A DNA stretch of 64,000 nucleotides from Candidatus Latescibacterota bacterium (GTDB taxonomy: Bacteria; Latescibacterota; UBA2968), in the NCBI GenBank assembly GCA_965198115.1, contig OZ240241.1, positions 4,416,001 through 4,480,000 of the forward strand. The letters are read 5' to 3'. This document shows, one piece after another, positions 21,422 to 32,156 of the stretch. Under the pieces are notes generated by a model, which saw nothing but the letters and a program-made list of their open reading frames with translations, had not been told where the DNA came from and made no database searches. Position 1 is the stretch's first letter. Each line of letters starts with the position of its first letter. The translations under genes and the position numbers were made by a program.

Positions 21422-23427
21422 TTTTCGACTCTCAGTCCCACCTTCACTTCTTCGACGAACTGACCCACTCTCCAAACCGCCTCCCCGATCTCGGTGAACG
21501 AATAGACCCCGTTTTCTCTGTTCATCAGGCTGTGCCGACCTTCCATCACCATCTGTCGTCGTGTCGTGGAATAGTCCCCGCACACCGACGCGACGATCCG
21601 GGTCAGCTCCTCTTCCTCGTAGTCTCGGATCTCTGGCAGCGTCCGAAGCCCCAGAATGGGATCGATATGCATCTCCTTGCCTCTGCTGGCTCCCTCATCC
21701 AGATACGCGGCTCCACGGATCCGTTCGATACGACGCAGTTCAAGCTCGGTCCGTTGCCGCGGTCCTTCGCCGACGTAAAGCGCGCGGGCGGCGACCTTCA
21801 TCAGTCTTCGATCACCTGATTTGGCGATCCGCGAGAGACAGGCACGCTTCTCGTCATCCGTAGCGACCTTTTTGTAGGCTCTCACTGCCGTCTCACGAAC
21901 GGATGGGTCTTCGTCTTCCTCCAGCCGCTCGAGTATGACGTCCTTGGCATCCACGTTGGCCCGCTTTCCCATCTCGTTCAGCACGCGCACACGTTCCGAG
22001 GGATCTTGATCGGTCACCTTCTCGATCAGTTCCTCCACGGTCTCCCGCACTTTGACACCCGGCACGTTGTACATCCGGCACGCGTCGAGAGCTCGGAGCC
22101 GGATGACCTCGTCATCTGATTCTGCAAGCGCCTTCAGCGAAGGGTGAATCCGGGCCGGCAGGAAGTGAACTTTCTCTCTGAAGAAGGATGTGTTGCGATG
22201 GAACGGCACCAGCATCAGTTCGTCCAGCATCCGGAAAGTGCGCTTGGAATCGCCCTCCTTGAAGACGCCGATCGCTGCGTCGCACAGCGGCTCGACGAGA
22301 TGAGCCAACGCCTTTCTCACGCCATACTCGACTTCATCATTCTCATCCAGCTCCCAGAACGCATCCCACAGCACCGGAAAGGCTTCCTCCGGATATCCGA
22401 GCAGGACCCGTGACAGCTCGAACATCTCTTTGTGAGTCTGTCCGGGTTGGCCGGAGTCTTTGATCGTCTGAATCAGCCGGACCAGCAGGCGAACCTTTTT
22501 CGCTTCCGTTGCGGGCGAGGCAATCACACCATCCAGCAGCAGGTTCACACCCCTCACGCCGTACCAGGATCTCAGAATCCAGCGTTCGGCCACCCGTGCC
22601 GCACGTTCCGCCAGTTCTTCGTCTTCCGACAGGCAGCAAGTGGCGAGAACCGGCATCGCCGGGACCAGCGAAAACCTCACGACGTGCGCGATGTGCACGA
22701 GACGCTCGTCGGTATCCGCCACTTTGAGCAGGTCGACCAGGCGAGCCGAATCGGCCTCGATCACCTGTCTCAACCGAACCATCGGCTCGCTATGGCCTTT
22801 GACCCTATCCACACCGTTCGCCGCCTCGACCTCCTCTTTCAGCGCGTCGAGCAGCTCGAGCTCGAGCCTGAAGCGAATCGCAAGATCTGTCTCTTCCATT
22901 GTGTAATCCTCTAAGCCTGAGATGGCTTTCCGCAAAGCGTTCTTGGCGCGGTGAATCCGACTCATCACCGTGCCGATCGGCATACCCAAATCATCGGCGA
23001 TCTCCTGGTAGGAGAGTCCAATCCGATAGCACAGATCCAGGATCTGTTGATGGTCCGAATTCAGCAGAGCGATGCCGTGAGCCACGCGATCGTATTCCTG
23101 GGCATCATCCTCGCGCTGTATCGTCTCGACCAGGATCTCCGGATCGGGAATCGCCTTCTGCACACGATACCAGGACCGACAGAGGTTCCGTGTGATCGTG
23201 CGAAGCCACGCCGCGAAGAACTCGGGGTTACGCAACTGATCGAGTTTGAGATAGGCTTCGACGAATGACTCGAGGACGAGATCTTCCGCATCATCCTCAT
23301 CCCGCGTGAACTTCCGACAGATGGCGCGAACGTCGGCCTCGAAGGCCTGCATCAAGGTCCCAAACGCATCCCGATCGCCGTCCCTCGCCTTTAGAACTAG
23401 GTGCGTGTAAGAGGTCTGGGTCTTCAT
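21418..23427 (-). CDS. ECF sigma factor with long C-terminal extension (HEAT-like repeats and DUF2087-like winged helix)
   Basis: Region 2 DAEDLVLESFVEAY..FAAWLRTITRN; region 4 LSYQEIADDLGMPIGTVMSRIHRA; D.DP.VR/ER repeats; terminal YEEEEL...DYSTTRRQMV...RENGVY. Confidence 0.85.
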   Translation of the reverse strand: MKTQTSYTHLVLKARDGDRDAFGTLMQAFEADVRAICRKFTRDEDDAEDLVLESFVEAYLKLDQLRNPEFFAAWLRTITRNLCRSWYRVQKAIPDPEILVETIQREDDAQEYDRVAHGIALLNSDHQQILDLCYRIGLSYQEIADDLGMPIGTVMSRIHRAKNALRKAISGLEDYTMEETDLAIRFRLELELLDALKEEVEAANGVDRVKGHSEPMVRLRQVIEADSARLVDLLKVADTDERLVHIAHVVRFSLVPAMPVLATCCLSEDEELAERAARVAERWILRSWYGVRGVNLLLDGVIASPATEAKKVRLLVRLIQTIKDSGQPGQTHKEMFELSRVLLGYPEEAFPVLWDAFWELDENDEVEYGVRKALAHLVEPLCDAAIGVFKEGDSKRTFRMLDELMLVPFHRNTSFFREKVHFLPARIHPSLKALAESDDEVIRLRALDACRMYNVPGVKVRETVEELIEKVTDQDPSERVRVLNEMGKRANVDAKDVILERLEEDEDPSVRETAVRAYKKVATDDEKRACLSRIAKSGDRRLMKVAARALYVGEGPRQRTELELRRIERIRGAAYLDEGASRGKEMHIDPILGLRTLPEIRDYEEEELTRIVASVCGDYSTTRRQMVMEGRHSLMNRENGVYSFTEIGEAVWRVGQFVEEVKVGLRVEK

Positions 23428-23428
23428 C

Positions 23429-24359
23429 TCACTCGAAGGTGGCGAGCAGTGACTTGATCCTGTCCAGAAATGCCGGACCCTTCTTCTCGTTGGCGTAACT
23501 GTAGAACAACCGCTCGAAGATCAGGATCGCCAGCGTGTAGAACCTGTAGAGCGGCGCATCCCGGTCCAGACGCAGGCCATATCCCGACAGAAGCCGTTCG
23601 ACGTCGAACGGTAGCCGAGGGTTGTCGATGTGGCGTTCGATGATCGCGATCTCGAGGAGCGGGTCCCCGGCCATCGCCTCGGCATAGTCCAGGATACCGA
23701 CAATACGCCTGCCCTCTTTCGACAGGATCAGGTTGCCATTGTAGAAGTAGTCCATATGGAGAAGCCGCTTTTCGACCTGCTCCAGTTGTGGATGAAGACG
23801 CGATGGCAGCGAGCAAAGGATGTCGGCTTCATCGCGTGTGAGCAGCCCCTGGTCGTAGTAGTCCTTCGATGCCACCTCGCAGGGGAACATCTCCCCCCAG
23901 TGATCCGAAGCGGGTCCGAACCAACGCTCGGGAGGATCGTCCCCGAGGAAGCAGAAGGGCCCATCAAACGTGAGGTCGTGGATTCGGCGCAGTTGTTCGC
24001 CACACTCACCTTCATCCAACAGAAACGAATCATCCTGCCAATGGGCCTGCACACCGTCGATGTACTCCCAGATGCTCGCCCCACGGCCGTCTCGGTCTTC
24101 GCCCCGGTCCAGACCTATGAGTTCGGGCACGGGCAGTCCGGCTTCTTGTAGCCTCTGATGGAAGTAGACCCCGACCGGCTCAGCTTGAACGTTTCGCTGG
24201 ACCTTGAGGAACATCATCTCCTGTCCCTTCCGGACGCGGTAGCAGTAGTTCGCACGCCCCGAGGGGTGGGCGCACACGTTCGACCGCATCCGGCGCATAG
24301 CCCAGAAGGTTCTCCGCCCTAGCGAGGGCATCGGAATCGATATCTGTGGCCTTGTTCAT
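23429..24359 (-). CDS. APH/choline-kinase-family phosphotransferase (probable 1-nt frameshift near 24265)
   Basis: FLKV, GLPVPEL, LLHMDYFYNGNL, GILDYAEAMAGDP; an upstream ATG 24359 (MNKATDID...) joins only across the CCCACCCC run. Confidence 0.8.
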
Positions 24360-24404
24360 TGGTTACACCCTATCGACGCGATCTCTATCCATTTATTCCA
24401 GCAA

Positions 24405-24442
24405 GAACGAAAAAACCCGCATCCGATTGTCCGGAGCGGGTT
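24405..24442 (-). terminator. Intrinsic terminator of attenuator 1
   Basis: AACCCGCTCCG-GACAAT-CGGATGCGGGTT followed by TTTTCGTTCTT, about 45 nt upstream of the kinase start. Confidence 0.85.
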
Positions 24443-24469
24443 CAAGGCGATTCTCAGTGGAACTCGAAT

Positions 24470-24568
24470 TCAGCGCAATCGACACGACCCTCCGGACACG
24501 AGTAGACCTGTCCAGCCCCACCATAGGCCGGTTGTACTGAGGGTCGAAAGAGGAGATCGGGTCGCCAT
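24470..24568 (-). CDS. Trp leader peptide MATRSPLSTLSTTGLWWGWTGLLVSGGSCRLR
   Basis: 32-codon ORF with TGG TGG GGC TGG, between a sigma70 promoter and a terminator; contains the antiterminator arm. Confidence 0.75.
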   Translation of the reverse strand: MATRSPLSTLSTTGLWWGWTGLLVSGGSCRLR

Positions 24569-24578
24569 CACAGCAAAA

Positions 24579-24607
24579 AGGATAGACGGAACCTCATTTC
24601 GTGTCAA
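24579..24607 (-). promoter_or_regulatory. sigma70 promoter for the leader/kinase/sigma/TrpRS-like operon
   Basis: TTGACA-17 nt-TATCCT ending 10 nt before the leader ATG. Confidence 0.75.
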
Positions 24608-24694
24608 GCCGCAAGACCTTATCATACCGCTCGAATCGCTGGAACATCGCCTGTTCTCTCCTGACGACTGACAACTGACGGCTGGAAACTGCCT

Positions 24695-26146
24695 ATGGGC
24701 CCCAACCTCCTTTACATCCACTCCGACCAGCACAGCCCTTTTGTCGCCGGCTGCTACGGCGATGAAGCCATCGAAACACCCCATCTCGATCGACTGGCCG
24801 CTCGCGGGGTCACGCTGGACAACGTCTACTGCCCATCGCCGATCTGCGTGCCGTCGCGAATGGCAATGCTGACCGGTCGCTACCCACACGAAAACGAAGT
24901 CTGGACCAACAACCACATCCTCGACTCCGCCATACCCACGTTCGCTCACGCGATGGGAGCGGCGGGTTACGATCCGATCCTTGTCGGCCGAATGCACTCG
25001 AACGGGCCTGACCAGCTTCACGGCTATGCCGAGCGGTTCGTAGGCGACCACGGCCCGAACCTGCCGAACGGTCGCCCCGTCAATCACGGTATGCTGCAAG
25101 GAACGGCCGGGCCCAGTCGTGTGAGTATTCGAAAGTCAGGTATCGGCCAGAGCGCCTACCAGGTTCACGACGAGGACGTGACAGCTGCGACCGTTGCCTG
25201 TCTCGACCGTCTTGGTGTTCAGTCCAGAGCGGGAACACTCTCGAAGCCCTTCAGCCTCTCCGTTGGCTTTATGCTCCCACACCAACCGTTTGTGGCCCGT
25301 CGCGAGGATTTTGAACGATTCGCCGGGCGTGTGCCTCCACCTCGATCACCGGTCCCATACTCTGAGGATCTACATCCACACTTCCAAAAATGGCGACAGG
25401 AATGTGGCATCGCGACGGAGATTCCTGCCCATCAAGTGGACAGTGCACGCACCGCCTATTGGGCCCTCGTCTACCGAAAGGACGCGATGATCGGTCAGAT
25501 CCTCGACGCGTTGAAGGAGAATGGCTTCGAAGACGACACGATCGTCGTCTACTCGTCGGATCACGGCGAGCAGGTCGGTGAACACGGTCTCTGGTGGAAG
25601 CAAACGTTCTACGACGATTCGGCCAAGGTCCCTGGTATCATCGCCTGGCCGGGAGAGATCCCGGAAGGGACCCGAATCGATCGCGTCGTCAGCGCGCTCG
25701 ACATCAACGCCACGATGATCGACGCTCTGGAAGGCCCACCCCTTCCAACGAGCCGTGGACGATCCCTGTTACCTCTCTGGGGCGACCCGAGCTCGGAGTG
25801 GGAAGATATCGCATTCAGCGAGTACTGCACCGAGGACGGCTGCCTCCATCGGATGATCAGGCGTGGTCCTTGGAAACTCTGTTATTACCACGGTCAGCCC
25901 TCCCAGCTGTTCAATGTGGAAAAAGACCCGCGAGAGATGACTGACCGGATCGACGACCCCGAGTGCACAGACATCGCATCCGAGCTGACCAGTCGGGTTC
26001 TGGACGGCTGGGATCCGGATCTGATCTGGGAGAGGATTCAGACAAAGACGGAGGAATGGAATCTGCTGGCGCGATGGGGACGCAGCGTGCAGCCCGAAGA
26101 CACTCATCGATGGGATCTTCGCCCCGAGATGGACTACCTCGAGTGA
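24695..26146 (+). CDS. Formylglycine-dependent sulfatase (choline-sulfatase-like)
   Basis: PNLLYIHSDQH, CVPSRMAMLTG, SSDHGE. Confidence 0.92.
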   Translation: MGPNLLYIHSDQHSPFVAGCYGDEAIETPHLDRLAARGVTLDNVYCPSPICVPSRMAMLTGRYPHENEVWTNNHILDSAIPTFAHAMGAAGYDPILVGRMHSNGPDQLHGYAERFVGDHGPNLPNGRPVNHGMLQGTAGPSRVSIRKSGIGQSAYQVHDEDVTAATVACLDRLGVQSRAGTLSKPFSLSVGFMLPHQPFVARREDFERFAGRVPPPRSPVPYSEDLHPHFQKWRQECGIATEIPAHQVDSARTAYWALVYRKDAMIGQILDALKENGFEDDTIVVYSSDHGEQVGEHGLWWKQTFYDDSAKVPGIIAWPGEIPEGTRIDRVVSALDINATMIDALEGPPLPTSRGRSLLPLWGDPSSEWEDIAFSEYCTEDGCLHRMIRRGPWKLCYYHGQPSQLFNVEKDPREMTDRIDDPECTDIASELTSRVLDGWDPDLIWERIQTKTEEWNLLARWGRSVQPEDTHRWDLRPEMDYLE

Positions 26147-26193
26147 TCGAGTATCGAACATTGAACAATGGCTGATTGCTCCGCACAGAGACT

Positions 26194-26218
26194 GGTGACC
26201 CTGAGCGGAGTCGAAGGG
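26194..26218. repeat. REP-like intergenic repeat (CCTGAGC..GTCGAAGG family)
   Basis: GGTGACCCTGAGCGGAGTCGAAGGG; related copies near 10310, 15724, 30191 and 49154. Confidence 0.6.
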
Positions 26219-26327
26219 CGACCATATCAGCGTCACCACCGAGTTCACTCCGAAAGTCAAAGTAGACCACGGCCAAGAAGCGTACCGGGGTGACAACTCC
26301 CTACACAGTTACTTTCAGGAGTAAACT

Positions 26328-26744
26328 ATGGGAAATAATCAGACAATCGGAGGCGGGGGCTTTCATCACGTAGCCATCCGCGCGCACGATTTCGATGCGT
26401 CCGTCAAGTTTTACACCGAGGCGCTCGGATTCACCGAGAAGATCGCGTGGGGGGAGGGAGACGGACGTGCAATTATGCTCGATACGGGCGATGGCAACTA
26501 TCTCGAGATCTTCGCCAACGCGAAGCCGGGAGAGAAGCCGGAGGGATCGATCATCCACTTTGCCCTTCGCACGTCCGACGCCGACGGCGCGATCGAACGG
26601 GCACGAACGGCTGGAGCGAACGTAACGGTAGAGCCGAAGGATGTCGAGATCCAGAGCCGACCTCAACCCACACCGGTCCGCCTCGCTTTTTTCGAGGGAC
26701 CCGACGGGGAAACCATCGAGCTATTCCAGAACGAAACGACGTAG
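26328..26744 (+). CDS. VOC/glyoxalase family protein
   Basis: FHHVAI, KFYTEALG, FFEGPDGETIEL. Confidence 0.88.
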   Translation: MGNNQTIGGGGFHHVAIRAHDFDASVKFYTEALGFTEKIAWGEGDGRAIMLDTGDGNYLEIFANAKPGEKPEGSIIHFALRTSDADGAIERARTAGANVTVEPKDVEIQSRPQPTPVRLAFFEGPDGETIELFQNETT

Positions 26745-26840
26745 ACATCGAATATCGAGGACTGAACATCGAGAAATGGAGAGACCGCCTTACCAATTCT
26801 CGATTTTCGATCCTCGATCCTCGATTCCAGGAGGTTGCCT

Positions 26841-27810
26841 TTGTACCCAGCCTACCAGATAGATGACTGTTCGGACGACAACCTCAAATTTGTCGTCCAA
26901 ACCGGGGTTAACCACATCGTGCACGCCACGCACAAGCCCTTTATGATCGAAGGGAAGGGTTACTGGTCGAAGGATGCGCTGGTCGAGTTCAAAGAGCATT
27001 TAGAGTCATACGGAATCAGCATTGAAGTGATGGCGCCTCCGTTGCACGCCAACTTCATCGAAGACGCCGATAACCCGAGCATTATGCTCGGAAAGGACGG
27101 ACGCGATAAGGAGATCGACGACGTCATCGAGTGCGTCAAAGCCGGGGGTGAAGTTGGGATTGGATCCCTTGCCTGAAGTACAATATGACCCTCCTCGGTG
27201 TCGGCTCGACTTACTATTTCAACTTCGAGGAGAAGAGAGAGACGGACAAAGAACTGACCTCGGCAGGGATGGTCGATGCCGATGCGATGTGGGAGCGCAT
27301 CAGCTACTTCCTCGAGCGTGTCATTCCTGTGGCCGAGGAATACAAGGTCAAGATGGCGTGCCATCCCCACGACCCGGGGATGCCATCCTCGGGATACCGC
27401 GGGATCGATCGCGTTTTGGGCACCGTCGAGGGCGCCAAGAAATTCGCCGACCTCGTCGACAGCCCGTATCACGGCTTCAACTTTTGTCAGGGCACTTTTG
27501 CAGAAATGCTCGAGAACCCGGGGAAAGAGATTTTCGACGTTATCCGATACTTTGGGGAGCGGAAGAAGATCTTATGGTCCACTTCCGGAACATCCGAGGC
27601 AAACGGCTCGAATTCGAGGAAACCTACATCGACGAAGGGGATGTCGACATGTGGGAGGCAATGAAGGTTTACAAGGGGGTCGACTACGACGGTGTTTTCT
27701 GTCCCGATCACGTTGCGGAGTCGGATCGGGACTCAGCCTGGGGCCATCGTCAGCGCGCATACACCGCCGGCTACATCAAAGCGCTGATCAAAGCGGCGCA
27801 GAACCCTTGA
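26841..27810 (+). pseudogene. Mannonate dehydratase (UxuA-like), frameshifted near 27165 and 27573
   Basis: Pieces in three frames: IMLGKDGRDKEID; [24 protein letters not shown]; [24 protein letters not shown]. Confidence 0.75.
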
Positions 27811-27990
27811 AATCGAGAATGTGGTGATCGAGAATCGAGAACGACCAATGTTTGGCGTAACAGAGTTCGGATCTCTCTTGTCTATCCATCCAGATAGCGG
27901 AGGATGGTCGTTCCAGAGGATAGAAGGCAGAGGACAGCACAACGAGCTACGCCCGATTCCCAAGTCTCGATCTTCGATTCTCGATGCTCG

Positions 27991-29089
27991 ATGCTAGACC
28001 GTCTTCCCAAAGCTGTCGCCGTACTCGACGAGGAGCGCGCGCGGGGTCATCACCTGGGCGCACAGCTGTATATCCGCTACGGCGACGACGTGGTCGTAGA
28101 CGATGGCTGGGGTGAAACCAGACCCGGAATCCCGCTGACGTCAGACGCCATCATTCTCTGGCTATCAGCCACGAAGCCCATTGTCGCGACAGCACTTGCA
28201 CAACTATGGGAGCGAGGGATCGTCGACATCGACGATCCCGTGGTCGATGTCATTCCCGATTTCGGGCAGAGCGGAAAAGCTCAGATCACGTTTCGTCACA
28301 TCCTCACGCACACGGGCGGCTTTAGAAACGCTGACGTGCAATGGGATGAAGACACGTGGGAGACCATCATCCCAAAAATCTGTGCCGCTCCTCTGGAGTC
28401 GGACTGGCACCCCGGTCAGAAAGCGGGCTACCACGTGGCGACCGGCTGGTACATCCTGGGTGAAGCCATTCAGACTGTCCGGCCAATCCCTCCCGGATTT
28501 CCTGAGGACCTCGATTTTCGATCCCCTCTCGATGGATGACTCGTGGCTCGGAATCCCGTCCGCAAGCTTTCACTCCTACGGTGACAGAATCGCGCTCTCC
28601 TACGACGCAACAAAACAGCCGCTCGAGTCTCACACTTTTTTCAACAGTGCGGAGGGTGCAGCGATCGTCAGGCCGGGAGGGAATGGTCGAGGGCCCGTTC
28701 GCGAACTCGCCCGATTCTATCGTGCGCTGCTCGGGGGAGGTGAGCTCGACGGGCACCGCATTCTTTCACAGGACACCGTGGCCACGTTGACCTCACGGCA
28801 TCGTGTCGCCCTGCACGATCACACCTTCCGTCACAAGATGGACTGGGGTCTCGGATTCATCATCAACTCCGCCCACTATGGTGAAGCCACCGTGCCCTAT
28901 GGCTACGGGCCCCACGCTTCGCCCGAGACCTTCGGCCATAGCGGGTGGCAATCAGCCTGTGCCTTCGCCGATCCCGAGCACCATCTCGCCGTCGCGTGGG
29001 TGTGCAACGGCACTCCGGGCGAACCCCGCCATCACAAGCGCCAGCGGGCCCTGAATGCTGCCATTTACGAGGATCTCGGGCTCTCCTAG
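27991..29089 (+). pseudogene. Serine hydrolase (class C beta-lactamase-like), frameshift near 28472
   Basis: LSATKP (SxxK), ILTHTGG, PGQKAGYH, then FGHSG in another frame. Confidence 0.78.
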
Positions 29090-29161
29090 CAGCTACAGAG
29101 GCCCTCCGACGAGCACTCGCTCATAAAAGTGGCCCCGGGGCCACAATCTTCCCCGAATGGC

Positions 29162-29195
29162 AAAAGCGCCCGATGGACTTCCCACCAGGCGCTTT
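29162..29195. terminator. Bidirectional terminator between convergent genes
   Basis: AAAAGCGCCCGATGG-ACTTC-CCACCAGGCGCTTT. Confidence 0.75.
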
Positions 29196-29263
29196 CATAT
29201 CTGAAACCCATTGCCGTCCCCCGCTCCCCGCTCCCCCCTGCTCCCTGTCTCCCCCTCAGCTTT

Positions 29264-30016
29264 CTATGTCGTCAAAGCCGCCCGCAAATAATCCCGCTTC
29301 ATACTCGCGATCGTCGAAATGGAGATCTGCTTGGGGCAAACGGCTTCGCACTCGGCGTGGTTGGAGCAGTTGCCGAATCCTTCTTCGTCCATCTGACCAA
29401 CCATCCGCAGCGCGCGCTCCTTCCTCTCCGGTTGACCCTGTGGAAGACGCGCAAACTGAGCGATTTTGGCTGCCGTAAACAACGATGCCGACGCATTCGG
29501 ACACGCAGCCACGCAGGCACCACAACCGATGCACGCGGCAGCGTCCATCGCCAGATCGGCATCGACCTTGGAGACAGGTAGCGCATTCGCTTCGGGTGCG
29601 TTACCTGTGCTGACGGAAATGTAGCCGCCCGCCTGTACGATGCGGTCGAACGATGTGCGATCGACCACCAGGTCTCTCACCACGGGAAAAGCTTTGGATC
29701 GCCAGGGCTCGATCGTGATCGTGTCACCGTCCCGATAATGACGCATATGCAGTTGGCAGGTCGCGGTTCCGTGTAGAGGTCCGTGGGGCACGCCGTTGAT
29801 GACAAGACTGCACATCCCACAGATTCCCTCGCGGCAGTCGCTGTCGAACTCGATCGGCTCCTCTCCCCGCTTGATCAGGTCCTGATTCACCACGTCGAGC
29901 ATTTCGAGAAAGGACATATCCGGATTCACATCGTCGGCCTTGTAGGGCACGAGCTTACCCGGCCGATCGGGCCCTTCCTGCCGCCAGATATGGAGATTCA
30001 GTGTCATCCCTGCCAT
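29264..30016 (-). CDS. sdhB: Succinate dehydrogenase/fumarate reductase Fe-S subunit
   Basis: [33 protein letters not shown]. Confidence 0.93.
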   Translation of the reverse strand: MAGMTLNLHIWRQEGPDRPGKLVPYKADDVNPDMSFLEMLDVVNQDLIKRGEEPIEFDSDCREGICGMCSLVINGVPHGPLHGTATCQLHMRHYRDGDTITIEPWRSKAFPVVRDLVVDRTSFDRIVQAGGYISVSTGNAPEANALPVSKVDADLAMDAAACIGCGACVAACPNASASLFTAAKIAQFARLPQGQPERKERALRMVGQMDEEGFGNCSNHAECEAVCPKQISISTIASMKRDYLRAALTT

Positions 30017-30242
30017 CGCGATCCTGCTTTCAAGTTTCTCTCCGCTGACGTCATGCTAAAACCCGAATTCAACAGATACCAGTCTACGCCACGCACCACT
30101 CGGTGATTCCACTCAACTAAGAACCGACGCCTCAGCTCCTCCCCAAATCGGGCCTCGATCCCGTCGAGTCCTCCCCCTCCGTGTCCAGAGCCTGTCCCGA
30201 GCGCAGTCGAGGGGTTGTTCTCAGTGGTTCGTCTTGTTTTGA

Positions 30243-32156
30243 TCATTTATAGCTTCGCTGTGTGAGTTTCACGTGCTGAAACTCGAGCGGCTCCTGGTGA
30301 AGCGTGGGAGTCTCGCCCACCCCGTTGAACTCCCACGCCGAGACGAACGAAAATTCATCATCCTTGCGCAAGGCCTCGCCCTCCTCCGTCTGGCTTTCCG
30401 CTCGGAAATGTCCTCCGCACGATTCAGATCGATCGCGGGCGTCGATGGCCATCAACTCGCCCAATTCCAAAAAGTCCGCCACGCGACCGGCCATCTCGAG
30501 GTTTTTGTTGAAGTGGCCGTTGCTTCCAGGGACCTTGACGTTCTGCCAGAAGTCGTCGCGCAGCTTCGGAATCTCTTCCACCGCCCTGGCCAGCCCATCC
30601 TCCGTGCGTTCCATCCCGACGTATTCCCACATCAGCAGGCCGAGCTCACGGTGGTACTCGCCGACCGTCTTGTTGCCGCCCACGTCCAAGAGCACGTCGA
30701 GACGCGATTGAACGTCACCGTGGGCCTGTTCGAACGCATCGGCCTGGGTATCGAGTTCCGAAAAGGTCTCACCAGCCAGGTAATCACCGATGGTATAGGG
30801 AATCACAAAATACCCGTCGCACAGCCCCTGCATCAGGGCGCTCGCCCCGAGTCGGTTGGCGCCGTGATCCGAAAAGTTCGCCTCCCCCAGAACGAACAAT
30901 CCGGGGATCGAGCTCATCAGATCGTAATCGACCCACAGTCCGCCCATCGTGTAATGAACGGCGGGATAGATTCGCATTGGAACGCTGTATGGATTCTCGC
31001 CCGTAATGCGCTCGTACATCTCGAACAGATTCCCGTAGCGCTCACGAATGACCTGCTCGCCCAACCGCTCGATCGAATCCGCAAAGTCGAGATAGACGGA
31101 AAGCCCCGTCGGCCCGACGCCCCGTCCTTCGTCACACACGGCTTTCGCGTTTCTCGACGCGACATCGCGTGGCACGAGGTTGCCGAAGCTCGGATAGCGG
31201 CGCTCCAAATAGTAGTCCCGTTCGTCCTCTGGGATCTGATCGGGCGGCCGCTTGTCCCCTTCCTCCTTTGGGACCCAAACGCGTCCATCGTTGCGCAGAC
31301 TTTCGCTCATTAACGTGAGCTTGGATTGGTGATCGCCCGACACGGGGATACACGTCGGGTGAATCTGCGTATAACAGGGATTCCCGAAGTAGGCCCCACG
31401 CTTGTGACATCGCCAGGCCGCGGTCACGTTGCTGTTTATCGCGTTCGTCGACAGGTAGAAAACAGCCCCATACCCACCCGTCGCCAGAATGACTGCGTCG
31501 CCTGCATATCGCTCGATCTCACCCGTCACCAGATTCCGGCCCACGATGCCTCGCGCCTGACCGTCAGCCACGACGAGATCCAGCATTTCAAACCTCGGAT
31601 GCAGGTCCACGCGCCCCGCATCTACCTGCCGCATCAATGCGCTGTAGGCGCCCAGCAGGAGCTGTTGTCCCGTCTGGCCACGTGCGTAGAACGTCCGCGA
31701 AACCTGCGCCCCACCAAAAGACCGATTCGCAAGTAGACCTCCGTAATCGCGTGCGAACGGAACACCCTGCGCCACACACTGGTCGATGATGTTGCTGCTC
31801 AGCTGGGCAAGACGGTAAACGTTCGCTTCACGTGACCGGTAGTCCCCTCCCTTGACGGTGTCGTAAAAGAGACGCCACACACTATCGCCGTCGTTCGGGT
31901 AGTTCTTCGCCGCGTTGATTCCGCCCTGCGCTGCGATGCTGTGCGCACGCCTGGGGCTGTCCTGGATACAAAAGTTCTGGACGTTGTAACCCATCTCTGC
32001 GAGCGACGCCGCGGCGGACGCCCCCGCCAGCCCGGTCCCAACCACGATGATGTTGTAACGCCGCTTGTTGGCCGGGTTGACGAGCTTCATCTCGCTCTTA
32101 CGGTTGTCCCATTTCTGCTCGATGGGACCATCTGGAATCTTGGAATCGAGCGGCAT
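30243..32156 (-). CDS. sdhA: Succinate dehydrogenase/fumarate reductase flavoprotein
   Basis: [37 protein letters not shown]; start ATG 32156. Confidence 0.95.
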   Translation of the reverse strand: MPLDSKIPDGPIEQKWDNRKSEMKLVNPANKRRYNIIVVGTGLAGASAAASLAEMGYNVQNFCIQDSPRRAHSIAAQGGINAAKNYPNDGDSVWRLFYDTVKGGDYRSREANVYRLAQLSSNIIDQCVAQGVPFARDYGGLLANRSFGGAQVSRTFYARGQTGQQLLLGAYSALMRQVDAGRVDLHPRFEMLDLVVADGQARGIVGRNLVTGEIERYAGDAVILATGGYGAVFYLSTNAINSNVTAAWRCHKRGAYFGNPCYTQIHPTCIPVSGDHQSKLTLMSESLRNDGRVWVPKEEGDKRPPDQIPEDERDYYLERRYPSFGNLVPRDVASRNAKAVCDEGRGVGPTGLSVYLDFADSIERLGEQVIRERYGNLFEMYERITGENPYSVPMRIYPAVHYTMGGLWVDYDLMSSIPGLFVLGEANFSDHGANRLGASALMQGLCDGYFVIPYTIGDYLAGETFSELDTQADAFEQAHGDVQSRLDVLLDVGGNKTVGEYHRELGLLMWEYVGMERTEDGLARAVEEIPKLRDDFWQNVKVPGSNGHFNKNLEMAGRVADFLELGELMAIDARDRSESCGGHFRAESQTEEGEALRKDDEFSFVSAWEFNGVGETPTLHQEPLEFQHVKLTQRSYK

